From IMG/VR virus record IMGVR_UViG_3300032332_001939: a stretch of 20,000 nt of DNA, one strand, 5' to 3'. The stretch comes from an uncultured virus (IMG/VR IMGVR_UViG_3300032332_001939). Lineage: Duplodnaviria > Heunggongvirae > Uroviricota > Caudoviricetes. The position numbers and the translations under genes are program-made. This document shows positions 9,724-17,294 of the stretch, piece by piece (position 1 is the first letter of the stretch; each line of letters begins with the position of its first letter). The notes beneath the pieces were generated by a model. That model had not been told where the DNA came from. It saw nothing but the letters and a program-made list of their open reading frames with translations, and did no database searches.

Positions 9724-9997
9724 TTTTATCCTCAAGAAATTCTAAAGTTTTATTTATTTCTCTTATTGTTTCATTTCCTAAATCTAATACTTTTTTCCTT
9801 ATGTAATTATATTTATTTTCATCAAAATAATCAATATTTTTTAATGTTTCTTGATCTATTTTTGAGTTTAATTTATTAAGCATATTAAGATGTTCTTCTT
9901 GAAGGTCTTCTATTAAATTTAAATATCTTTTATATAGATTAATTATATTCCTATGGACTTGAAAAGTCAATATATCTTTAAGTTTTAAAGTAACCAT
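9713..9997 (-). CDS. Hypothetical helical protein (94 aa)
   Basis: ATG start after an AAGG-rich leader; first gene after the terminator; no recognised family. Confidence 0.75.
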   Translation of the reverse strand: MVTLKLKDILTFQVHRNIINLYKRYLNLIEDLQEEHLNMLNKLNSKIDQETLKNIDYFDENKYNYIRKKVLDLGNETIREINKTLEFLEDKNEK

Positions 9998-10037
9998 ATA
10001 CCTTTTTCTTAACCTTATTCCTTATGTAAGGTTACAC
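9998..10037 (-). promoter_or_regulatory. GTGTAA motif plus TAAGGAATAAGG leader and an 8-bp hairpin
   Basis: Minus strand GTGTAACCTTACATAAGGAATAAGGTTAAGAAAAAGGTAT-ATG. GTGTAA is at 10032-10037; the TAACCTTA/TAAGGTTA inverted repeat spans 10010-10034. Confidence 0.5.
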
Positions 10038-10038
10038 T

Positions 10039-10063
10039 AAAAACCCCGCTTTCGCGGGGTTTT
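10039..10063 (-). terminator. Rho-independent terminator after the tail tube gene (possibly bidirectional)
   Basis: Minus strand AAAACCCCGC-GAAA-GCGGGGTTTTT: perfect GC stem, GNRA tetraloop and U-tract, about 26 nt after the tube stop codon. Confidence 0.9.
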
Positions 10064-10089
10064 AGTAATATTTAATTTAATTTAAAATA

Positions 10090-11199
10090 TTAGGGGTTTG
10101 TGCTAGTTTCGATAAATAATCCTTTATTTGTATCATTAGGGCCACCGATTTGAGCGCTGAATGCTAATGTTACAGATTTATTATCACCGATTGCAGAACT
10201 AAATGATTGAGAATCTAGTTTTGCTCCTTTTAATGTATATTTTAAAGCGTAAGGACTAGGTAATGTTGTTGAATCGCAATCTATAGATGGTGAACCTAAA
10301 CCAAATACTATAGTATAATTTTTGGAATCATCACATACTAGATCATTTAAAGTATTACCAATATTATCTGCTCCAGCAATATCACCGATAATTGCTTCAG
10401 CTGTTGCTTTAATTGTTACTGGGAAAGTAATTTCTCTTGAGAATGCATATTTACTTCCTAATTGTTGAATTGGATCTCTACCAATATCTGCAGCTAATGT
10501 AAAGCTTTGGATTTTTAGATCACCAGCATTTACGCCTAACCCAGAGATAGATAGAGTGACATCTCCTGGGCGCAAAGCTGTATATCCATTTCCAGAATTT
10601 GGAATTGGCATAATAAATTGTCCTGTATTACTTTTACCATCTGCTGGATTTACATCCGGAGCAAAACCAGTTGTGGCGCCATAAAATTTCATATTTAAAG
10701 CTTCTGCATTTACTGATACCGTTGGAAATCCTCCGACCTTTGCTTCTACAGAATATGAAGTTAATCCTGCGTTGCCGATTCCAATGACTTTTCCTTGGCC
10801 AGTTGCAATTCCTGAATCAATATTTGCATCTGTACCTTCTGGAGAAATCAAAATATAATAATTTTTAACATCTGCTCCACCAGAAAGAATGTTGGAAAGA
10901 GCACCTCTTAGATTTGTACCTGTTGTACCACTTGGATTCAAAACAAATCCTATCGCTTGTTCGTTTTGACCAGAATTAGCATAGTAACTAAAATCTAAAT
11001 TAACTGTTGGTTGTGAAATAATTACGCGATCAATTGCTGCTAATTGTCCGTATTGATTAACATCTGTTCTTGCTATATCGAAACCATAATTTGCACTTTG
11101 TACTCTCTGTAACTGAGTTGGGGCGAATGCACCAGTTGCTGTACCAGTAGGTGCTACGAAAAGTGCTTCACTTTGATAAATTACTCTTTTTCTTGGCAT
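10090..11199 (-). CDS. Major tail tube protein (369 aa, two-domain duplicated fold)
   Basis: Strong AGGAG RBS and its own terminator suggest high expression. G/A/S/T-rich beta protein between the tail-completion genes and the chaperones/TMP. Two copies of a tube-like motif: RVQSANYGFDIARTDVNQYG and KIQSFTLAADIGRDPIQQLG. Confidence 0.8.
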   Translation of the reverse strand: MPRKRVIYQSEALFVAPTGTATGAFAPTQLQRVQSANYGFDIARTDVNQYGQLAAIDRVIISQPTVNLDFSYYANSGQNEQAIGFVLNPSGTTGTNLRGALSNILSGGADVKNYYILISPEGTDANIDSGIATGQGKVIGIGNAGLTSYSVEAKVGGFPTVSVNAEALNMKFYGATTGFAPDVNPADGKSNTGQFIMPIPNSGNGYTALRPGDVTLSISGLGVNAGDLKIQSFTLAADIGRDPIQQLGSKYAFSREITFPVTIKATAEAIIGDIAGADNIGNTLNDLVCDDSKNYTIVFGLGSPSIDCDSTTLPSPYALKYTLKGAKLDSQSFSSAIGDNKSVTLAFSAQIGGPNDTNKGLFIETSTNP

Positions 11200-11205
11200 A
11201 TTTTT

Positions 11206-11260
11206 ATTTCTCCTTTGAAATCTTGTCTATTATTACAGTTATTTTAATATCAAGAGAAAT
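11206..11260 (-). promoter_or_regulatory. Tube gene leader: AGGAG RBS (11210-11214), CTGTAAT motif (11232-11238) and a possible anti-SD segment (11252-11260)
   Basis: All three elements are seen directly in the 67-nt intergenic gap. Confidence 0.5.
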
Positions 11261-11266
11261 TGTTTT

Positions 11267-12103
11267 TTAACATCTTGGATACCTAATATTACTTAATGTA
11301 AAGTCAATAAAAGCTGGAAATACTTGATTATTTTTAACATTTAAATTAGCAAATATTTTAGTTACATTGACTTCTGTAATATAAAAAGCGTCATTTCCGA
11401 CATTAATATTATTGATTAAACTATTATAGTTATAATAACCACTATTTAATCCACCAAAATTATTGAATGGATTTGTTACTAAAGGTACATACCTTCTGGC
11501 TGTATCCTTTAAAATACTACAAACCGCATCTAAATTAAACATATTATCTGCCATAACAATAGCTCTTACTTGTGCAAATGTATTATCTAAACCTCCCAAA
11601 GCAAATGGCTCATTAGTTCCACCATTATTTTTAAGAAATATACAAGGGTAAGTTATAGATTCAATAGCTAACCCAGTTGGATTCATGCTAGTTTTTGGTC
11701 TAATATTATATTGAGTTTCAAATAATAACTCTTCTTCTGGTTGATTTGTTAAATATATATTAAAATCTTTAACAGCATAACTTCCACTTAATATATTTCC
11801 GCTTTGATTTGTGGTAAAATATACTTGACCATTATTTGGATTAATGCCTGTCAAATTATTTTGACCAATTGTACTAAATGAATTATTGATATAAACTCCA
11901 GATAATAAATTAGCGCCCGCAATAGAACTATCGCTTACTACCTGTTTGAATGGTAAACCATAAGTATAAAATCCATTATAAATATTAGTTATTGGATAAA
12001 ATTTACTATTATAATTTTGAAAAGCTTGTCCATTTTTTAAAATTATATGATCCATCCATATGATCATACTAGACATCAGTGTATTATCTAATTGGGCTTT
12101 CAT
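11267..12103 (-). CDS. Putative tail terminator/completion protein (278 aa)
   Basis: Immediately upstream of the tube. Has a YPCIFL...NEPFALGG segment and a C-terminal FIDFTLSNIRYPR strand, reminiscent of tail terminators. ATGA overlap with the upstream gene. Confidence 0.55.
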   Translation of the reverse strand: MKAQLDNTLMSSMIIWMDHIILKNGQAFQNYNSKFYPITNIYNGFYTYGLPFKQVVSDSSIAGANLLSGVYINNSFSTIGQNNLTGINPNNGQVYFTTNQSGNILSGSYAVKDFNIYLTNQPEEELLFETQYNIRPKTSMNPTGLAIESITYPCIFLKNNGGTNEPFALGGLDNTFAQVRAIVMADNMFNLDAVCSILKDTARRYVPLVTNPFNNFGGLNSGYYNYNSLINNINVGNDAFYITEVNVTKIFANLNVKNNQVFPAFIDFTLSNIRYPRC

Positions 12104-12666
12104 TTTGTTATGTTATTAATAAAATTATTAACAATTTTACTAAAATATCTAACTTTTTTAAAGCTATTTGTGCGTATTTTATTTTCCGCTTGTAATGCTT
12201 CTTGAGATCTGCCTTGCACAAATCTTTTGTATAAATAATTGCTAAATCCAGAAATGCCTCTTTCGATTCCGATTACCCAACTATTTCCTCTTTCCCAAGG
12301 CATAGGAGTTTCATTTTTAATTTTTTCTAAAGTTGGATAATCTATTATATATCTTATATTTCCATTTTTATTTTGTTTTTTAATAGAAAAATTATTATGT
12401 AATGCTTCAATTAAATCTTGAATTGGACTATCAGAGTTAGAAAAGCCTATAAAACTAAAAAGATTTCCTACTCCATTTAAAGTATTAGAACTATTCATTG
12501 CAGTTGGACCATCTTCTATTTCTTTTGTAACTGGATGATTTTCAAATTCTTTAAAAAATTTATCTTTTGAGTTTTCATATTTATCAACAACTAAATCATC
12601 AGAAATTTTTTTAAAAAATTTACTATTTTTTTTTACTCTGTCAAAATCTACTTGAACTCTTTTCAT
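12100..12666 (-). CDS. Putative neck/tail completion protein (188 aa, basic)
   Basis: Occupies the slot between the head-closure and terminator candidates (the HK97 gp10 position); K/R-rich; coupled by TAATG and ATGA overlaps. Confidence 0.5.
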   Translation of the reverse strand: MKRVQVDFDRVKKNSKFFKKISDDLVVDKYENSKDKFFKEFENHPVTKEIEDGPTAMNSSNTLNGVGNLFSFIGFSNSDSPIQDLIEALHNNFSIKKQNKNGNIRYIIDYPTLEKIKNETPMPWERGNSWVIGIERGISGFSNYLYKRFVQGRSQEALQAENKIRTNSFKKVRYFSKIVNNFINNITK

Positions 12667-13109
12667 TATCTTGTTTCTTTCAAGAAATAAACATAATATG
12701 TATTTCTTTGGTAATGTTTAACTATACTTGTGCTGTAAATATTGAAAGTTTTACCATCAAAAATTACATTTTCAGTTCGATCTGTGTTAATATAATTCGC
12801 GCAATCTTCTTTGACGTAAATTTCAACTTGTTGATCTGGAAATTTTAATTTAATTTCTGGATTTTCTTGTAGATTTTCATTCACTGTATATTTAATAACT
12901 GCATCAAAAGTTTGATTTCTAGGGGTATAAGTATAATCAACTATATTGGAATTTTCATCATAGCCAAGCATTTGAGGGCTTGTAGTTTGAACTATATTTT
13001 TAATAGGTTCTTTATTAACTATGATTGATTTTTTGAATGTTTCAAACCAAGTATCCGCAGCATCTTCGTACCAAGTTTGATCTCCTGCACTGATGAAACT
13101 AGTTGCCAT
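12666..13109 (-). CDS. Putative head closure/stopper protein (147 aa)
   Basis: Size, beta-rich C-terminus (VIFDGKTFNI...YYVYFLKET) and synteny. Confidence 0.5.
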   Translation of the reverse strand: MATSFISAGDQTWYEDAADTWFETFKKSIIVNKEPIKNIVQTTSPQMLGYDENSNIVDYTYTPRNQTFDAVIKYTVNENLQENPEIKLKFPDQQVEIYVKEDCANYINTDRTENVIFDGKTFNIYSTSIVKHYQRNTYYVYFLKETR

Positions 13110-13113
13110 AAAA

Positions 13114-13659
13114 TTAAGGTAGTGTACTATCTATATTTCTAATATGAGTAGTGTATGTATAATTTCTATTTGGTTCTTCAATTGTATCATCTCCAGCGAC
13201 TTGAAGAGGACGAGCTTCATTAAGATTGTAGCTTCTAATAAGATTTAATAATTCATCATTAATTTGTTTTCTAAATTGAGCATAAGTTTTGGCTAATTCA
13301 TTCTTATTGATTTTTCTTGCACTAAATCCATTTTGATTAATTTCAATAAGACTATCTGTACTAGCAGCGCCAAGCGCATTTCTTAGCAATCTTTCATAAA
13401 AATGAATAGCAAAAAGCATTTTAAATATACTTTTTTCTACACTAGTAAATAAATCTCCACTATTTGGATCTGCTAGAATTTCTAATGTAGTATCGTCTAT
13501 ATAAAATCTTTTATTGATCGAAATATTAAGATCTCCAATATTTGATCTGAGCCACCAAGCAATTGAAGCTATACTCCAATCAGCTGGTTCGTTCATTTCA
13601 CGATAAAGCTCGTCTGCGACATCAACAATTTTGACGGTTGTATAAGATGAATTAGCCAT
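13114..13659 (-). CDS. Putative head-tail adaptor protein (181 aa)
   Basis: Helical protein at the head of the four-gene joining cluster, preceded by GTGTAAT; function by synteny only. Confidence 0.5.
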   Translation of the reverse strand: MANSSYTTVKIVDVADELYREMNEPADWSIASIAWWLRSNIGDLNISINKRFYIDDTTLEILADPNSGDLFTSVEKSIFKMLFAIHFYERLLRNALGAASTDSLIEINQNGFSARKINKNELAKTYAQFRKQINDELLNLIRSYNLNEARPLQVAGDDTIEEPNRNYTYTTHIRNIDSTLP

Positions 13660-13668
13660 ATAATAGAT

Positions 13669-13675
13669 ATTACAC
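13669..13675 (-). promoter_or_regulatory. GTGTAAT motif
   Basis: 9 nt upstream of ATG 13659; a degenerate ATGTAAT lies at 13693-13699. Confidence 0.55.
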
Positions 13676-13724
13676 TATATAAAGCAAATATTATTACATT
13701 AAATAAACCGAAAAACAATATTTA

Positions 13725-14402
13725 TTATCTATTATTTCTTGTGCATTTTAGCATTTTTATAGAGTCTCTAAATTCAAATTTTACTATAGGATTAGGGCTA
13801 TAGACTATATCAAAACCGCTATTCATTAATTTATCAGTTATTTCATCTATATTTCCAAAATAATTATGTACTTCTAATACCATTTGTTTAAATTTCCTTA
13901 AGGTTTCGACTGGCGCACTTTTTATAATCTCAAATTCTGCTCCTTCTGCATCTAATTTTAAGCATCCATCTTCAATATTATGTTTATTAACGATACTTTC
14001 TAGACTAATTTTAGTTAATTTTTTATCTGGATTTTCAGCGTAATAAATCTTTGTTTCTGCACGATTTTCAAAATCTGGATCACAATTAAAAAATCCATCG
14101 CTATCTGAAACTGCCATTCTGTAACTTTTTATGTTATTGCATCCATTTAATTGTGCATTAGACGAGATGAAAGACTCACTTTTAAATGGTTCATAAGCTA
14201 ATACTTCTGAAGCGCCCATCTTTGAATAATAGATTGCTGTTTCACCATAAAAAGCGCCGATATCAACAACTTTAGTATCTTTTACCTCCATATCATACAT
14301 CCCACTCATAATCTCATAAAATATATCATTTAAATATACTTTATTTGGATAATAATTTAAGCAATCAATTTTGATGCCTAATATCTCGTTTTCTATCCTC
14401 AT
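13725..14402 (-). CDS. FkbM-family SAM-dependent methyltransferase (225 aa)
   Basis: Motifs VVDIGAFYGE, VLAYEP, MAVSD, LKLDAEGAEFEII and LEVH are typical of FkbM/Methyltransf_21. Confidence 0.9.
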   Translation of the reverse strand: MRIENEILGIKIDCLNYYPNKVYLNDIFYEIMSGMYDMEVKDTKVVDIGAFYGETAIYYSKMGASEVLAYEPFKSESFISSNAQLNGCNNIKSYRMAVSDSDGFFNCDPDFENRAETKIYYAENPDKKLTKISLESIVNKHNIEDGCLKLDAEGAEFEIIKSAPVETLRKFKQMVLEVHNYFGNIDEITDKLMNSGFDIVYSPNPIVKFEFRDSIKMLKCTRNNR

Positions 14403-15023
14403 TTAAATATATATTTTCTTTTCGTGATAGAGTCTTAAATCTAGATAGCGAAGTTGTATTTTATTATCTCTGAAAAAGTTGATGTCTTCTGGACGATCAT
14501 CATAATGAAATTGATAATCTAAATTAATTTCTCCATAGTAAAAACCTAAGCCAGAAACAGTATCTGGCAGTTCATCAAAAGTTTTTAACTTAACTAATTC
14601 TTCATCAGAGTAAAAAGAATATTGATCATCTTTTCTTCTTTTCATCATAACGTTTACCATACCATTTTCAGTCGCAGTATGTTGGACTCTGTAATTGGCT
14701 ATAAGATTCCAATTATTTTGGTCTGCTTTTTTAAAAGCATCAACAATTACTCTTAAATCCAAATTTGCTGGCAAAATTATATCATCATCCAAAAGTAAAG
14801 CTCTAATTTTCCCACCATGTTTTATTCCCATTTTATCAAGAGTATTTTTAGCAGTATTAAAAGCTGCGCTTCGTGAAGCAGGAATTCCTTTATTGTAAAC
14901 TGTTATTGGAAAAAGTCTTTTATTTAAAAATACAGGTATAGTAGATAATTTCCAAAGAGTTTCTATATCAGCTTTTCCACCACCCGTAGGAATAATAATA
15001 AAGAAAAAATCCTCTTTTACCAT
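14403..15023 (-). CDS. GT-A fold glycosyltransferase-like protein (206 aa)
   Basis: N-terminal FIIIPT strand, LLLDDDII (DxD motif), SGLGF, PEDINFF and a C-terminal LYH. Its stop abuts the methyltransferase start (TAAATG). Confidence 0.75.
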   Translation of the reverse strand: MVKEDFFFIIIPTGGGKADIETLWKLSTIPVFLNKRLFPITVYNKGIPASRSAAFNTAKNTLDKMGIKHGGKIRALLLDDDIILPANLDLRVIVDAFKKADQNNWNLIANYRVQHTATENGMVNVMMKRRKDDQYSFYSDEELVKLKTFDELPDTVSGLGFYYGEINLDYQFHYDDRPEDINFFRDNKIQLRYLDLRLYHEKKIYI

Positions 15024-15028
15024 AAAGT

Positions 15029-15057
15029 ATTATACTTTAAAAGTAAATAAAAATCAA
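15029..15057 (-). promoter_or_regulatory. Sigma70-type promoter TTGATT-N17-TATAAT, probably producing a leaderless mRNA
   Basis: -35 at 15052-15057 and -10 at 15029-15034 with an exact 17-nt spacer. ATG 15023 follows after 5 nt and has no SD. Confidence 0.6.
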
Positions 15058-15926
15058 TATTTTTCTTCTATATATAATTGAACATCTTGAACGCGTACTC
15101 TGAGACCAGAAATTCCAATATCAAACCAATATTGAGTTCCAGTATTTAAACCTGTTATTTCTGCAACCCAAGAAGTTCCAAAAGGATTTGAAAGATTGGT
15201 AGCTGGATTGGAGGTGGGGACACATTTAATTCCTCCAATTCTAGTGGCTCCTAAGTTTACTAGATTTCCAGAATAAACTGGAGCAGTTCCTGTGCCATAC
15301 CAAAATGAAGTAGTTTGCACTGTATCGCTCGAGAATCCGCCTATTTGAGTCATTGAAATACATGCATCTGCTCTTAGCGTCCCAACATATCTTGGAGTAA
15401 GAGTGCAATTCGCGCCATAAGCGAAAATTCCAGTTATAGCTCCTACTCCAGTTACATTTGGTCTATAAACAAATGTTTTGTTTTGTTGAGGAGTTCTAAT
15501 CATTCCAGAAACATCAAGGTTTCCACTTATAAATAATTTAGTCGTACCTGTATTTGGAACCCCGCCCAATCCTAATGAATTTCCAGTTAATACAAAATCA
15601 TTTTTATTAAAAGCTCCCATTATTACTGTATTATCATCAAAAGCTTCTATGATAGGAAGACCAGCTATATCATTGACACTAAAAAGAGAACCAGAAAGAT
15701 TATCTGTAACAGAAAATAGTCTACCATTTGCTCCGTCTACTGTGAATCTATCTAATCCAGTAATATTACTAACGTAACTAGTTAAATTTAAACTACCAAA
15801 ATTATCATAACTCATTCTATTAACAAAAGCTCCACCAGTAAAATTAGTATTAAAAGTACTACCACCAGCAGTTCCTGTTGTGAATTCTATTATTCCTGAA
15901 TTTGGATTTATTAGTATGTTAGACAT
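15054..15926 (-). CDS. Fibre/appendage-like virion protein (290 aa)
   Basis: G/T/S/N-rich. Contains GRLFSVTDNLSGSLFSVNDIAGLP and a fibre-type LGLGGVPNTGTTKLFISGNLDVSG segment, followed by a distinct globular C-terminal domain. Confidence 0.65.
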   Translation of the reverse strand: MSNILINPNSGIIEFTTGTAGGSTFNTNFTGGAFVNRMSYDNFGSLNLTSYVSNITGLDRFTVDGANGRLFSVTDNLSGSLFSVNDIAGLPIIEAFDDNTVIMGAFNKNDFVLTGNSLGLGGVPNTGTTKLFISGNLDVSGMIRTPQQNKTFVYRPNVTGVGAITGIFAYGANCTLTPRYVGTLRADACISMTQIGGFSSDTVQTTSFWYGTGTAPVYSGNLVNLGATRIGGIKCVPTSNPATNLSNPFGTSWVAEITGLNTGTQYWFDIGISGLRVRVQDVQLYIEEKY

Positions 15927-15934
15927 ATTGATGA

Positions 15935-15941
15935 ATTACAC
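15935..15941 (-). promoter_or_regulatory. GTGTAAT motif
   Basis: Directly after the upstream TAA and 8 nt before ATG 15926, within a 15-nt gap. Confidence 0.55.
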
Positions 15942-16607
15942 TTATGTTAATCTAAATCGACTCTTAAGATTTCTATAGTTTTGAAGAATTTCAATACTGG
16001 ATAAAACTCTATTATAAATTTTATAAATACTTCCGTTACCTTTAAAATAATAAGTTCCTTGCCATCGACCAATTAAAACACTACTTGTGCCAATAAAAGA
16101 TAAAATGCTTCCTTCTCCTTGAAGTACGCCATTTTTAAATATTTGACATACATTATTTGCTTTATTATAAGTATAAACTATTTGATACCAATTATTAATT
16201 GATACTGTTCCAACAGAAAAATCAGAAGCATAATGTCCTTGATGTATTGTTGCGCTTCTAAAAACTAAATGAAGACCTTCTCTTGGAACTCCAACATCTG
16301 TTCCGAACATTGTTTTATCACTCGCTAAATCAGTTGGATAAACCCAAGCTTCCATAGTATAACTTGCATCATAAAATCCTAATTGTGCAGGTGTTTTTTG
16401 GGTATTTACAAAATCATCTACGCCATCAAATACAATAGTTCCTGCATTTAAAAGATTAAAAGTTGGCCCATTTGTTAATACACAATCGTTATTATTTCCA
16501 CTTAAATCTTTCCAAATTGTTCCTCCATTATAACTTTTTGGATTGGCTGCGTCAAGATATAATTTTAATCCATCTACAACTAAATCTGGCCCACCTGATG
16601 CGCTCAT
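15942..16607 (-). CDS. LamG/concanavalin A-like lectin domain protein (221 aa)
   Basis: DGLKLYLDAANPKSY...WKDLSGNNND, FDGVDDFV, YTMEAWVYP, WYQIVYTY, IYNRVLSSIEILQNY. Confidence 0.88.
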   Translation of the reverse strand: MSASGGPDLVVDGLKLYLDAANPKSYNGGTIWKDLSGNNNDCVLTNGPTFNLLNAGTIVFDGVDDFVNTQKTPAQLGFYDASYTMEAWVYPTDLASDKTMFGTDVGVPREGLHLVFRSATIHQGHYASDFSVGTVSINNWYQIVYTYNKANNVCQIFKNGVLQGEGSILSFIGTSSVLIGRWQGTYYFKGNGSIYKIYNRVLSSIEILQNYRNLKSRFRLT

Positions 16608-17293
16608 ATTTTATATTTTCCTTTTAAAGCGTTATAGTTTTGGAGAACTTCAGCATCTGTTAGTGGTCGGTTATATATCATGGATTGATATATTTTAGTT
16701 CCTTCAACAGTGAAATTATCTTCTTGATCATCATAACCAACATTTATATAATTTTGATTATTTAAATTATAAGGATTTGATACGGTCGCGCTTAATATTC
16801 CATTTATATACATATTTGCTATTGATCCATTAATTGTTGCTGCAATTATATATTTTCTTTTCCATGAATTTGCGTTAATTGTAGCGAGCAAATCAATAGC
16901 ATAAATTCCATCATTTTCTGCTGCATAAAATTGAATTCCATAAGTACTAGCTCCACCATAATAATATCCAAGGACTACTCCTCCAAAATCAATGTTTGAT
17001 GAAGATAAAAATGCACCATAAGCATTAGTTGGAGGAGCATCTACTGCAACCATATATGTCATATTATTTGTTACATTTGTAAAATTTCTAATAAATTGAA
17101 TTTTTGAACTATTATATATTGAAAAAATAAACCCCTTATCTGATGAAAGTGTTACATTTGTTAAAGTGCCAATTCCATTTTTTAACGTAAGATCTTTGCA
17201 ATTTGAACCAGTAGAATAACTTTTTGGATTTGCAGGATCAATGCAAAAAACTAATCCATCTGTAACTATTTTAGGAGAATGATGAAAGCTCAT
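16604..17293 (-). CDS. LamG/concanavalin A-like lectin domain protein (229 aa)
   Basis: IVTDGLVFCIDPANPKSY, MYING, IYNRPLTDAEVLQNYNALKGKY; paralog of 15942-16607. Confidence 0.85.
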   Translation of the reverse strand: MSFHHSPKIVTDGLVFCIDPANPKSYSTGSNCKDLTLKNGIGTLTNVTLSSDKGFIFSIYNSSKIQFIRNFTNVTNNMTYMVAVDAPPTNAYGAFLSSSNIDFGGVVLGYYYGGASTYGIQFYAAENDGIYAIDLLATINANSWKRKYIIAATINGSIANMYINGILSATVSNPYNLNNQNYINVGYDDQEDNFTVEGTKIYQSMIYNRPLTDAEVLQNYNALKGKYKI

Positions 17294-17294
17294 G

